A DNA stretch of 64,000 bases from Camelus dromedarius (GCF_036321535.1 NC_087437.1:27344001-27408000), one strand, 5' to 3'. Counted from the stretch's first letter, positions 25,820-38,789 are shown. The notes: generated by a model not told the origin, from the letters alone. Made by a program: numbers and translations.

Positions 25820-26200
25820 GGAAGTAATACAAATGGCTGATGCATATCAGAAAAATATGCTCATACCATTTTTTGCCTGATAGGCAGAACTTTTTAAGAT
25901 TTCTGATAAATGGTATTATCAATATTTATAGTATTGCAGCAAGCAAGATATGGGGAAATGGGCTCTCTCTTGCTGTATATGGAAGAGGCTATAGATTGGT
26001 ACAGGGTTTTTATGGAGACCAACTTGGAAAACAAAGATTTAATCAAAATTTAATGTGCAGATTCTTTCACCCAGCAATTCCACTGTAAGAATCTGTCCTA
26101 CTGATATACCCACATAAGATGGCTCCATGTGTGTATGAAAATATTTACTGTTGCAACTTTCTTAAAGGACAATCATATAACTTTGTGATTTAAATGAAAA
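25820..26200 (+). mobile_element. Ancient L1 (L1ME-like) fragment
   Basis: 'cacccagcaattccactgtaagaatctgtcctac'. Confidence 0.55.
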
Positions 26201-26880
26201 GAGCTAGAGCTCTGTACACAGACAGACTGGTCCAAAGATGAGAGCCTTGGAAGTCTTGCTGAGAAGTGTGGGTGTTCTTCTGAGGGTTCTAGGGAACCAC
26301 AAGGAGTTTTAGGGAGTATAATTGGTAGAAAGAGGAGCCACCTTCTGGACAGCCTTAGCATCATCTTATATCCAAAAGAATTGTCATTGACATCCCCGCA
26401 TCATTGACTACGATGAAAATCTGCACTGAAACCACTCAAAGAGGTACCAAGGGGAATTCCACTTTAACACAGAGCTAAACTTCCTAAAATCTTTTCTCCC
26501 TGTATCTCTCTTATTTCTCACCTTACAGCAGCACAAATACCTCCATCCTTCTCTCTTTCTCACACACAGTTCCCCCAGATTCCTCTAAATTCAGGCTATA
26601 ATTGTTTTTAAAAATTCCAAATGTTGGTGATGTTTATTTTTCACCTTAAAAATATTCATTTTTTCAATTAAAAAAATTGGTTACATTTGTTAGCATTAAA
26701 TGAGAATTGTAATCTCAATGGAAAGCTTTGAATAAAGAGCAGAAATGAGAGTTTTCCTTTAGGTTGAAAAAAATTTATTTTTACTTTATGTAAATCTATA
26801 GAGTCATATTGATTATAAGGATAATCAAGTTTTTAGTGCTCATTTCTTCTCCCTCATCTTTGTCCTCTATTTTCACCCTC

Positions 26881-27330
26881 TGTATTAGTTCTCTACTGTG
26901 TAAGAAATTACCCCAAATTCAAAGCACTTCAAATAACACCCATTTATCATCTCCCAGTTTTTTTGGGTCAGGAGGTTGGGCGTGGCTTAGGTGGGTCCTC
27001 TGCTCAGGGTCTCCAGGCTGTAACCAAGGTGTTTTGGGGGGCTGAAGTTTCATCTGAGGCTCAGGGTCCCCTTCTAAGCTCATGTGGTTGTTGGCAGAGT
27101 TCATTCACTGCTATTATAGAACTCATGGTGACCAGCTTCTACAAGGCCAGCATCTCTGATCTCAGGGAAGCCCAAGTATTTGATTAAATCAGGCTCATCC
27201 AGGATGATCTTTTTGATGAATTCAAAGTCAAACCTAGTTACATCTTCAAAAATCCCTTCCCTTTTGTCATGTAACATAATCACAGGAGTGATAGCTCATC
27301 ATACTCACTGGTTCCACCCACACAGAAGGG
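26881..27330 (-). mobile_element. MaLR LTR (MLT1D/E-like)
   Basis: Starts 'tgtattagtt', includes 'catttatcatctcccagttt..gggtcagga' and 'ttacatcttcaaaaatcccttc'. Confidence 0.75.
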
Positions 27331-27541
27331 TATATTAGTATTTTTAGTCTCTTTAATGGTTGCTAGTCCAATGTTACTTTAATTTGAATGTCGGTACTTA
27401 ACTAGCATATGAACATCTTTCCATATGTTTCATATGTTGATAATTTGAATTTGCTCTTCTGTGAACTGGCCCTTGTTAACCTTTTTCCATTGGGTTGTTT
27501 GATCATTTCTTGTAGATTTGCAAGAGCTCTGTAAGTAGTAT

Positions 27542-27878
27542 TGTATTAGCTAAGTGATACTAGCTGCTGCGACAAACCCCCAAGGTGTGGTTTAACACAG
27601 TAGATAGAGGTTTATTGGCAACAGGATGAGGCATTGTGCTCCACACAGTCATCCAGAGATCCATAGCTGAGGGGAGCTATTCCATCTTCAGCAGTGGCTT
27701 CAGGTCCTTTTGGCTGTCAACTTCCAGCCAGGACATAGGGGAAGAGAGAAAAGCGCATATGTGGGAGGCTAGGCCTGGAGGATGCTCTCGCTTCCACTCA
27801 CCTCCCTCTGGCCAGCACCAAGGCACGTGGCCCTGCCCTACAGGAAGGTTGGGAAATGTGGTCTCCATGTAAAACCAT
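27542..27878 (-). mobile_element. MaLR LTR (MLT1J/K-like)
   Basis: 'tgtattagctaag..ctagctgctgcgacaaac', 'tgctccacacagtcatccagaga', 'gttgggaaatgtggtct'. Confidence 0.6.
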
Positions 27879-27879
27879 G

Positions 27880-28072
27880 GGGATGGAGAGGAGAGTGAGG
27901 AATGGATTACAAACAGATACCAAGAAACCTTTGAGGGTGATGAATATGTTCTTTACCTTGATTGTGGTGATGGTTCCACAGGTGTTATACATTCGACAAG
28001 ACTCATCCTATTGTATGTACACTTTGAATGTCATTATTGTACCTCAGTTGTATCTCAATAAGCTGTAAAAAT
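27880..28072 (+). mobile_element. L1 (L1MD/ME-like) 3' end
   Basis: 'gggtgatgaatatgttctttaccttgattgtggtgatggtt..tatctcaataagctgtaaaaa'. Confidence 0.75.
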
Positions 28073-28754
28073 ATACTAGGGGGAAATGTGTCCCTTGAGG
28101 AAAAGGAATCCATTTTGTAAACAGCTAGCCAGTCTCTTTCATAGTTATATATCATGTAAATATTTTCCTAAATTTGCCATTTTTATACAGTCAAATAAAT
28201 ATGTTGGGGTTTGGGGAAGTGTCTGGCTATCAGGATTGGTCAAGAAGTTCTCTCTTGACCCTAAATTTTACTCAGTTTCCTAGATTTTCTTGCAAGCTTC
28301 TTAAGATTAATACTTGAGTTTATTCCCTTTTTTTTTTTTCTCACCAGTTTGGTAAATTTTCTGTTCAGTCCATTTTATTTTCTTGTGTTAACATGGAAAT
28401 TCTAATATTCTTTTATATCCTGTTAACAGACACTTTGTCTACTCCTATGCTCATAATAAGACATTTTCTCTACTATCTGGAAACAAGCGAGTCATTATTC
28501 CCACAAGATGAACTCTGAAGTAGTTCTGAAGGCACTTACTCCCTCCTCTCCCCTCTGTCCTTCCCCGAGGAGATCTTGGCAGTGATGGTACTCCCCCCTC
28601 TGCCCTCCCCAGTGTCAGGACTCACTGAGGGCAGTCAATACTTTCAGTTAATAGTAATCAAATGGCCTTTGCAGCATACTGCTTTTGTTCTAAAAACTCT
28701 TGTTTAGCATTCATAATACATATTGCCAGAGAGCCTTCCATTATGTTGCAGCCA

Positions 28755-28950
28755 GTATTTATTGAATATTTACTATGTGCCTACCACAGTTTAGGAAGTT
28801 CACACGTGTTATCCGACTTAACGTTTACAGCTCTATGAGGCAGGTACTATCACTATCCCCACTTTACAGATGAAGAAACTAAACCAGAGAAAAGTGAAAG
28901 AACAGGCTCATGCAGCCAGAGAGAGAGTTGAGTCAAGGATTCAAGCCCAA
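28755..28950 (-). mobile_element. MIR SINE
   Basis: 'atttattgaatatttactatgtgcc..atccccactttacagatgaagaaactaa'. Confidence 0.8.
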
Positions 28951-28964
28951 AGGGTCCCCTGAGA

Positions 28965-29100
28965 GTCCATGCTTGTGGTCTATACCTGGGAACTTGTTAG
29001 AAATGCAGAATCTCCTATTTCTGTCTAAGACCTGCCGAACTGGAGTCTGCAGTTTAGCAAGATCCTCAGCTGATTCGCATTAAAGTTGGGACCTGCTGTT
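28965..29100. mobile_element. MER5A-like hAT-Charlie MITE
   Basis: 'cctgggaacttgttagaaatgcagaatctc..tctgcagtttagcaagatcctcagctgattc'. Confidence 0.7.
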
Positions 29101-29719
29101 CTTTGCCATAGTGGGGGTTTGTGGGTTCCATGTGATCTGTTTGCTCTGAATTCTGGTGTGGCCATAAACACTTTCGCCGGCCTAGACAGGTGAACGAGAA
29201 CTTGGTGAGATGGAATTCTTGGGCTGCTGTTTTTTCTCTCAGTTGTCTATGTGGCCAACGAGAAGCACTGTGAGAGTCTTACTCTTTTGCTTTTGTAGCT
29301 AACTTATATTTGTTCTGTTCTAGAAACACGCACCATTGTTCTTTTTATCCTTAGAATTCAGGGATTTTAGCAGGATGTGCCTAAAGGTGTTTGTTCTCTC
29401 ATCAGTCATTCCTGGAACTTGGTGAGCCCTTTCAATTTGCAGACTCAGAATTTTACTCATTGCAAGGAAATGTTCTTCTAATTTGTTTAATTATTGCCTC
29501 TCCTCCATCTGTTCCTTTAGCTCCTCTGGAACACGTATTATTTGCTGGTTACATACCCTTCATGCACCCTCCAAGTCTCTTACCTCTTCCCTAATGATTT
29601 CCTTCTCTTTAATATTTGCTCTGTGTTTCAAGATCACTCTTCAGTTTGATTGACCAGATCATTAGTAAATCTCCTTCACTGTATCTACTGAATTGTTTAG
29701 CTGGGAAGTCATGTTTTTA

Positions 29720-29970
29720 TTTTATTTTAATTTTTTTGATTTATAATGTCATATTAGTTTCTGGTGTACAGCATGGTGATTCACACACATGTACATATAT
29801 ACACACATATACATATACACATATTATTATTTATATTATTTTTCATTACAGATTACTATATTGAATATAGTTCCCTGTGCTATACAAGCAGGACCTTGTT
29901 GTTTACCTATTGTGTACATAGTAGTTTGTATAAGTCAATCCCAAACTCCCAATTTAGGGGGAAGGGAGCA
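29720..29970 (-). mobile_element. Lineage-specific L1 3' end with TSD and a short 5' inversion
   Basis: 'tatagttccctgtgctatac', 'aatcccaaactcccaattta'; TSD AA(G/A)TCATGTTTTTA at 29706-29719 and 29971-29984. Confidence 0.85.
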
Positions 29971-29997
29971 AAATCATGTTTTTAGCAGCAGAAAGTC

Positions 29998-30002
29998 TGT
30001 GT

Positions 30003-30038
<36 letters not shown>
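29998..30038. repeat. (TG)n microsatellite
   Basis: Directly visible, one interruption. Confidence 0.95.
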
Positions 30039-30040
<2 letters not shown>

Positions 30041-31444
30041 TTACTTGCATCCCCTTAAGTGCTTTCCTTGATCTATTTCCGTCTGTCTTTTCTAGAAGCT
30101 TGACTTTACTGGATGTGTGTTCTGGTTCACCTCAATGGTCTTCCTTTCTTTGACTGCTGGACTACCTTTGAGGTGTGTTCGTTGCTCTCCGTTACTCCCT
30201 GGGGCTTGTGTCTGGCTGCTAGAGTCGTCTTCAGGGCAGCATCCCTACAGGTGGAGAAAGATGGAGCAGTCTTTTCTCCCGTGAGGCTGCAGGGTAGAAG
30301 CCACCAAGCTGTCAGGCTCCTCCTGGGCCCCCAGGAAGAAGTTTGTTTGCTTCCCACTGTCCTGCCCTCTCCCAGCTTCAGGAGCAGGGAGGCCTCTGCT
30401 CACTGGGTCAGTTTCCTCTCGGTCTTCTGGGAGCCAAGGAGATGTGGCACACTTCTGTGGGACTAAGGTCATTGTCCCTGAGGACCCCACATCTCTGAGG
30501 CCCATGTCTTCACAGGATTCCTTGCTTTGTGAAAAGCTCCTAGTGATGGGAACTGTGGGCAGAAAGGATCCTCCAGCTGGCTTCCCCAGTCCACAGGGCA
30601 CAAAATCCTCTTTGCTGGAACATTTACAGAGACTAGAGCCTCCTAAAGCTATTTGTCTCAGGAGAGGCAGACGGACTGGAGTTAGGCGTGGAGAAGAAAG
30701 GAGCCACGCCCTCTGTCTTCATTTTCCCATAATCCCCTTTGCGCTCAGCATTGTTTTCCACGGCAAAAATCCCAGAAACAGCCTATCAAAGGAGGGATGA
30801 CTAAATCTATTTAGAACATCCATGCATAAAATGCCATACTGTCACTAAAAGGAATCTGTAAAATGATGTTCAAGGTACATAGTACAACGGGGAAAAATGA
30901 TGCTTCAGAACAGGATGAATTCTGTGATCCTGTTTTAGAAATATTCTCTGTGTATGTAGATACACTAAGGCTTTTTGATTGTAAGCAACAAAAGGTAGTT
31001 TGGTGAGCTTTAGCTAAAAAAAAAATGAAATGAAATTGTTTTTTGAATGAGTGCTGAGATAGCTAATGGACAGGTGGCAAATGCTGGACCAGCAGGAGTC
31101 AGGAATGAGAAGGGAAAGAACCAGGGCAACATCTAGGCCTCAGGACACAGATCCCTTCAGAAAACAACCAGTGACGTGGCTCAGCTTCCAAGCCCCCATC
31201 TCCCTGATACTCCACTGGACAGAGATGATGGAACTGTTTTGGCTTCAGGTGTCCATTCTTGGCTCAACCAGCCATGCCCAAGAAGGGTAGAAAGTATATA
31301 GAATAGTCCACAGGCCCATCTCTGTGTATCTTGAGTCATTCTCAAAGAAAGGAGCATGACTAGGGGCCTAGCAGCGACCACACAAGGAGTCCAAAACGTT
31401 TTGTAAACACAGGGATATAACTGAATACCCATCAAACTGGTACC

Positions 31445-32235
31445 GTGACAGTTTCTCTGCCTTTCCTTGTTTTCGATGATCTCAACAGCTTTGAGAAGTA
31501 CTGGTTGGGTATTTTGTAAGATGCTCTGTACTAGGATTTGCATGGTGTTTTTCTCGTGCTTATACTGGGTATGGATTTGGGGGAGGAGGACCACAGAAGT
31601 AAAGTGCCACTTCCTTAAGTCACATCAAGGGTACATATAATAAACATGGCATATCACTGTCCATGTTGACCTTGATCACCTGGCTGAGGCGGTGCTTGTC
31701 AGGTTTCTCCTGTAAAATCAAGCTCCTTCTCCCACCCCCTTCCAAACTGTGCTTTTTGGGGAGAAGCCACTCTGCACAGCCCACTCTTAAAGAGAAGGGG
31801 GTTATGTTCCACCTCCTAGGGGGCAGAGTGTTTCATAAATTATTGCAATTCTTCTGCATAAGAGATTTGTCTCCTTTCTCCCATTTATTCATTTATTAAA
31901 TCATTTATTTATAGCAGTATGGATTCATAGATATTTATTTTGTACTGTGAGTTATAATTCAATACTACTTTGTTCAAATTATTTGTTTTGCCCATCGGGA
32001 GCTCTTTCTGCTGGCTCCTGTGTTTTCTGACATACCACCAACGATGGTTTTATTTTGTTTCTTTGGTCACTTCCTTACTCTCTGGTACTTCAGCAGGCTC
32101 CCAACTCATCTTACATCACGTGACATTACATTTCCTGTCCGAGTCTTAGAGTCACCTATTTCTCCCCATAGTCCTGGTCTCTTTTATTGGAGAATGGTGT
32201 TAGAAATAAAGATCTTGATGGTGAATGTTCTTTTC
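31445..32235 (-). mobile_element. L1 (L1MC/MD-like) 3'UTR
   Basis: 'gaagtactggttgggtattttgtaagatg', 'gaccacagaagtaaagtgcca', 'ttgaccttgatcacctggctgagg', 'ttggagaatggtgttagaaa'. Confidence 0.8.
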
Positions 32236-32701
32236 TAAAGTGTAAAGAAAAGTTCTCCAGCTGAATTTGGTTTATCCCAGGCTGAGCCAACCGCCACTGA
32301 ACCAATGTTGGTTAGCTAACCTTCAGGACACCTGGCTTCCTGCGTTATACACTCTATAGGAGCAACTTCTCTCCCCATCAAATACAGATTTCTACAACTT
32401 CCCTGTGGAAAAAAACTTCTTATGTTAGAAGTTTAGATGATTACCTGAGTTTAGTGAATTAATGTGTAACTTCTGAGAAAACCTAAGGTGTCAGGAAGAA
32501 AATTGAGTGTTACGGGAATCTATTTATATTTCTCATCAAAGATCTCATCAACTTGCATTAAGATTTTCTATGGAGAACACATACCAATCCATCCTACCCT
32601 GCTCCTGTGATCGTGTAGGGGCAAGTGACCTCATTAACATAAGATCCCCACCCAAAGGTGTTATAATGAAAGTTAACCTGTCAAAACAAAATCAAGCAGC
32701 A

Positions 32702-32824
32702 GGGGAGGGTATAGCTCAGTGGTAGAGCGTGTGCTTAGCATGCACGAGGTTCAACCCCCAGTACCTCCTTTAAAAAAATAATTATAAGTAAATAAGTAAA
32801 TCAACCTAATTAACCGCCCCCCCC
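32702..32824 (+). mobile_element. tRNA-Ala-derived SINE (Vic-1-like) with 7-nt internal deletion
   Basis: TSD AAATCAAGCAG(C/T)A at 32689-32701 and 32825-32837; 'gaggttcaa' replaces 'gaggtcctgggttcaa'. Confidence 0.9.
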
Positions 32825-33429
32825 AAATCAAGCAGTAAAAGTCCTTTACTGCTTTAAATAGTCCTTAAAACTATGAGAGGTCTGATGTTAGATTAGAAAC
32901 AGAAGTTCTACTGCAGTGGCCTGTGCCCATCACAGTGTAAGCTGTGACGTGTCACCATCTAACACATCACATCACATCACATCACAGGGTGCAGAGATCC
33001 TTATGGGACTTTTCCTGGGAAACCACCACAAACTTGTCATTTCCTCTGTCCATCCCCATAACGTGCTCCTTTTACTCTTATCAGACTGACACTCTGCTTT
33101 CCCTCCACCCCATCAGGCCTGTCCTGTCACTCTCTCGTTTTTCCGTGTTAGTCTTTCTCATGTCATTATCCAGGTAGGAGAGTCATGTTCTGGCTGATGT
33201 TTTGCCACACAGCCTCTTTCCCTTATTTGATATGCCTTCAGTTTCTCCTTCCTTCATGGAGCTTAGGCAGAGGAAATATATTCCAAGCAAGAATCTCCCT
33301 TTTTTTCCCTTGATTCAAATTGTAAAAGGAAGAAGCACAAATGAAAATAGTACCTCCTACCCTCATTGAAAACTGGTTTTCTTTTTTATCAGAATTTAAG
33401 CAAGTGGAATCATTTGCATAAAGGAAAAT

Positions 33430-33597
33430 AAATGGGCTTTGAAGTCATTAGGACTGGATTTGAATCTTGACCCAACCGTTGACTGTGAGATCCTGGGCAA
33501 ATCATATACCTTTCTGAAGCTAATATTTCTTACCTATGCAATCGGAATAATAACATCCTATCTCACAGGGTGGCTGCAGAGTTGACTAAATCATACA
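33430..33597 (+). mobile_element. MIR SINE
   Basis: 'ggctttgaagtca..ctggatttgaatcttgac..ctgtgagatcctgggcaa..tatctcacagggtggctg'. Confidence 0.7.
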
Positions 33598-33870
33598 CAG
33601 TTGCTCCCTGAACAATGCAGAGGTGGGGGATTAGGGATGGCCCCCCTCCACGCAATCAGAAATCCACATATAATTAATTTACAGCTGGCCCTCTGTGTGG
33701 TTTCTCCTTACCCGTGGGTCCTCCCTATCCGAGCTTCCTTCACATTGCACTCCAGCATCCGAGGACCCAACCAACATGGATGGTGTAGTGTTGTAGTCTT
33801 TACTACTGAAAATAATCTGTGTATAAATGGACCCACGCCGTTCAAACCCGTGTTATCCAAGGGTCACCTG
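33598..33870. mobile_element. MER8-like Tigger (Tc1/mariner) MITE
   Basis: Imperfect terminal inverted repeats 'cagttgctccctgaacaa' / 'ttatccaagggtcacctg'; internal 'tggacccacgccgttcaaacccgtg'. Confidence 0.8.
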
Positions 33871-36800
33871 TGATAAATGCTAGTTCCTTCCCCTGTCTCC
33901 TTTCCAAGAAATTCTGTGTAGCAGGACATTTCCCATGAGTTACCCAATCTTTAATACTATTCTGCAGCCAAGTACGTCTACTATTCAGTTAAGCAGGCAT
34001 CACAAAACGACAAAAAGCTTTCGTTTTTATGGACAAGGAAACTGTGACCCACAAGGGTGCAGTGACTTGACCAAGGTCGAGCCACTAAGACGACTTAGGA
34101 TGCAGTTCCAAGTCTTCCCATTCATTCACGGAACGCTTACGGAATCATATGCCATGCTAGGCACCAGGAATATAAAACTGGAAAAGGTAATAGAGTTCAG
34201 TCTTCTAAGAGAGAGAAACACATTCAACAAACCATAAAATGATGTGATGTGTGCTAAAGTTCCTTCTGCTGGGAAAATTTAAGAGGCCAGGATGGCATCT
34301 GTACCAGAATATGAATGCGAAAATCAATTGATTCCAATTAAAGAGGCTGCAGAATGCTTCAGGTTGAATCATAACGGGAGGGAAGTGACTTGTTAACGGC
34401 ATTTCCCCTCACCCTAGAGCCTCGTTCAGTCACTCATTTACTCTTTCATCTAACAGACATTTATAGAAGACCCACTATGTGTCATATCATGCATGAATAT
34501 AAAGAAGAACACAGTAAGATTGCTTCCTTGAAACTCAGAAATGGAAGAAATGTAAGTTGACAGCTTTCTGGGCTTGTTTTAAAGAAATATCTTAGAAGTA
34601 ATCGAAGCTTAAATGTGATGTCTTAATGCAAGTACTTAAAGAAAGTACTACAATTAGAGCCTTATTACTTCAGATATATATCTTCACTATAGAGGAAGCT
34701 TCTTTGAAATGCAGGAGGAAAAGGTGATTCTTACACCTTGGTTAAGATTCATGTTTACTCTTTGGCGCTCATGAATAAGCAGTCTGAATTGCCATGGTTG
34801 AGAATTGATTTCTAATGCATGTCAACATCATTGCAGTTCATTTTCAAATCTCAAATCTTTGCTCTGACCCTGAAATAGAAATGATAAATTTGACATACAT
34901 ATATATTTCATTATATATGTGTAGTTTTTCACCACGTCATACCAATTCAACTAGTTTACCACTGTTAAAATGCAATTGCAATGTTATCAAATTAATGTTA
35001 CAACAAAATTGATATCTATTAATGGGTTTTTCTTTCATTTCTCCTTGCATCTTCTAAACCATTTTCTCTTAAAATAAGCCAACCTCCTAAACGCTAGGGT
35101 GTTAGTGTCAGCACATAACAAAACTGATGGACTAATCAATTTTTTGCTTTTTAGCATTATCTGCAGGGCTTAGATAAACATTATTTATTCATTTTTATTT
35201 GGAACCAGCTTCATGGAACTTTACTGAAGGGATGTGAGATACTATTTTATCTCTATAAATATCTTCTGGTAGTGGGTACAGCATACAGGAGAGAAGTATT
35301 GCTTTCAAAGATTTATAATGGCCTCAATTACAAGACTTTGAAGAAAGGAAGTGGAGAGAATAATAAATATTCTGTTGGTGCCTTTCCTTGGAGCCTTGTA
35401 AGGTCTCTCTTCCCCAAAACATCTCCAGTCTAGTATTGACTCAGAAAGAAGGGCCCATGTTCTTTTTTAAAACTTCCTTTTTGTAATATCAAGAGGTCTT
35501 CAATGGATGGTAGAACTATCAAAACAATTTGTGATAGAAAAAACTCCTTTTTAGAGCACAATGCCTCCATACAGTGTTTCAGCAGCCTTAGTCTGAAATT
35601 ACCCATTCAAGTCACGATGCCTCTGTACCATAAGAGGATACCACAGCACAGCCTAAGCACGGATTTTAGACCACACAATTTTGATATAGGAACTAGTGTT
35701 TGTTAGAAATAATGTCTTCTCCAGGGAAGCTTGATCATAGGAAAACCTTTCTTAAATAAACACTCCAGGGAATGGCAAAAATCGATGGCCTTGTAGAAAA
35801 GGTCTTTCCCTAAAGGTCAAATCCACTTTCACTATAAAGTGCAGGTGGTTATTTATATAGAGTATTTCCAAAGTAGTGAGGTTTGCCATAGCTTCTTTTT
35901 TTTTTTTTTTTCTCTTTAGTTTGTAAAGACAAAGTCACATATAAAATTCACACCTCATCTTGAGGTTTGTATATAGATGCTAAATAATAAAACTGCTTGC
36001 AGATAAAACTCTATCAGTGATGCTAGCAGCATGGACATGGGAATACAGGTTGCTGGCATCTCTTAACATACTCTGCTCACCTCAATGCGCTATCGTACTA
36101 GAGTGCTTCCTATGAAAAGAAAGAAGTGAGGTAACATTATTCACATTGTAAACTACAGATTTGGGTAAGTTGTCACTCTTCTCACACCTCCAACTCTCTT
36201 CCCTCTACCTTCCCATTATTGTAATTTCTGGGTCACACACATTCCACAGGATATCTGGGGCAGATCAGAAAACATCTCTGTGAAATAGAGGAAAGGGAGC
36301 TACTTTTGGGACACAGGTATCTTAAAATACTCCACTAATCGTAAGTTCCTGTGATTCTTCCATTCGTATTAGGGCAGCAGAACAGAAGTTAGAGTAGAAT
36401 GAAGTTGGCATCCTTCTGTGCCAGTTAACAGCATTTGGAAAGATTCGTGCCTTACCCGACAGGGCCTCCTACTCTGATTACTTATAAAACCTGTCATTGA
36501 AGAGAAACTGCTGCCACAGATCATATGGTCTTTACAGCATTGATTTTTTTTTTTTTTTGGCTCCAAAACCAGCAAGATGTTTTTTCTCGAACCGAACTAC
36601 CTCAGCACGCATCCTAGCAAGCCAGTGTGGTATGCGCACTGTGTGACGCCTTCAAGACGTGAGCATGCAGGCTGCTTACCCGAATTGTACTCTTGGAGCC
36701 CCTCCTCCCTCTCCCCCCTCCCCCTCCGAAACACTTAACAGAGAGCAAGGGCTCCTCAGTTCTCGATTCCTCTCAAATAATGAGATGTTACACTGACATT

Positions 36801-37368
36801 CACATCAACCAACATGGCTGCTCTGTGCCGGAGTCACAGGGAGCCCTTTCTCTGTGCAGGTTCGAGAACTTACTCACCCGAGTCCTGACCCTCCGTCCGC
36901 TTGGAAAGCTCCATTCCTGCTGCCTCAGCCTTGAGTCCTGACCAAGCCTGTCTTTTGTCTCTTCACACTCAAAGCCACATCTCTGATGATTCTTTCCAGA
37001 CGGACGAGCATCTTACCCACCAGAGACCTGAGTTCTGCGGGAAGAGTAACCCGCCCAGGCTGTAAACAGACTCAAGTGCTGCTGATCCCGGGGAATGGCA
37101 GACATAGATTCTCTTGGGCACTTTGGTGCCAGCTACATCCCCCTTTCCACACATCCCATAGCCTTGCTCACTTCTTAGGTATAGTTCCTTCTGGTCATCT
37201 CTCTTCTGTCCATCCTGCTCTGGACTTCTGCCTCCTACTTCTTTCCCACCTCCCTCTGCAGCCCTGTTCCAGAGTCAACAGAACACCCCATATCCTTAGC
37301 TGCTTCCCTGCAGACTCCATCCCTTGGCCTTGAGACAGCCTCACTCTAAAGGAGGCTACTTGCCCCCA

Positions 37369-38056
37369 TGTTGCCGAAACACGGCCTCCATTCCTCGCTT
37401 ACCAAACTGAGGCTTGAGGACAGAGTTTTGGATGAAGTAGAAAAGGCAGCCTTATTTGTTTGCCAAGCAAAGGCGATCACAGTGGGCTAATGCCTCTAAG
37501 ACTGTGAGCCTGCTAGGGAGAGAAGGCAGGGGGTTTTATACTAAAAGTTCAAGAGTTCAAACTAGTGGAGCTAGCTTCCATAGAGATTGCATCCGGGTTA
37601 ACAAATTGTTGCAAAGTTGTTCTTATTTTTTCAGATACAGTGGTCCCCTTTCCTCTGCTGGGTATGAAGTTCACCTCTAGCTTTGAGACTCTCTTAATAT
37701 TCTTGTACCTAGAGTAAAGGATGCATAGAAAGGGGCTCTGTGGAAAAGAGCTCTAGAGAAAAACTTGTGCAACTTAAAGTCAGGTTGACAAATGCTTGTA
37801 GCCTTTTAAGCAGGCTGAGGCTTGGGACCTCCTGCTGTAGGCTGAGGCCTGCTGCTCAAACAACAGGATACAAGGAAACCACAGAGGATCAAGAGCAGGG
37901 CACTGAGGGGGAGAGCAGGGCACCGAGCATGATCCCTGCACGCAGCACCATGAGGGAGCTGAGTGGACCACCCAAGCCTTGCTCCTCTCCAGCCCAACCC
38001 TGGTCAGCAAGAGCATGAGAAAATCCTTTGAACCGTTACACAGTTAGACAGTTACA
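37369..38056 (-). mobile_element. ERV1-type solo LTR (right boundary uncertain)
   Basis: Starts 'tgttgccgaaac'; shares 'cagagttttgg..gtagaaaag..cagccttatt..tttgcc..gcaaagg..cacag..gcc..agactgtgag' with the LTR at 49466-49933. Confidence 0.6.
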
Positions 38057-38379
38057 AACGTCAGTGTGAAATCAGATGGTCACCGATGACAACAGGGTCC
38101 AGCTTGGTTGCAGCCAGGCTGCAGCCTGTCTTGTGGAGGCTGCCCATCCTCTAAGCCCCTGACACCATTCATCTCCACTCTCAGGTGGAGGAAAGACGGG
38201 TCCTTGAGAGTTACCCTCTGCCCCCCCTCTTTACCACTTCACAGCCACCTTATCATTGTCCTTCTCTCCAGAATGTGTCACCCAGACAGGTCTTGTTTCC
38301 ACCCCGCAGCATCCCTTCGACCTGGGTGGCTTCACATCTGAATGGATGGCTAACACTCTGCTCTCTGGCACAGTCTTCT

Positions 38380-38770
38380 GGTTGATCACCACCCTACTTC
38401 CCATTCTTCCTGGGCACTCATTCCCTGCCTCCCTAACACCTGGGTGTATCCACGTGACTGAGTTGTAGCCAGTGTGACTTGGGCATAAGTGATATCTGCC
38501 ACTTTCTGGCTTGGGCCACAAAAATCTTTCACTCATGATACCCCTGCCTTTTCCCCCTTGTGCTGACTAGAGTGGAGAAGCTCAGGGTGGCCTTGGGACC
38601 CACGTGGGCCTTGAGTTAGAGGCACAGGGTGAAAGCTGTGTGGGTTCTTGAGTGAAAAGAACTGTGCCCAGTGAGGAACACCCACCTCAGCCTCTTATGT
38701 GAGTGAAAAGTAACCTTTTTGCCATGTAAAGCCAACAAGCTTTTGGAGTTTGTTACAGCAGCTAGCCATT
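38380..38770 (+). mobile_element. MaLR LTR (MLT1H/I-like)
   Basis: 'cacgtgactgagttgtagccagtg..aagtgatatctgccactt', 'gtttgttacagcagctagc'. Confidence 0.65.
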
Positions 38771-38789
38771 GCCTGAAAATATCCCTCAT

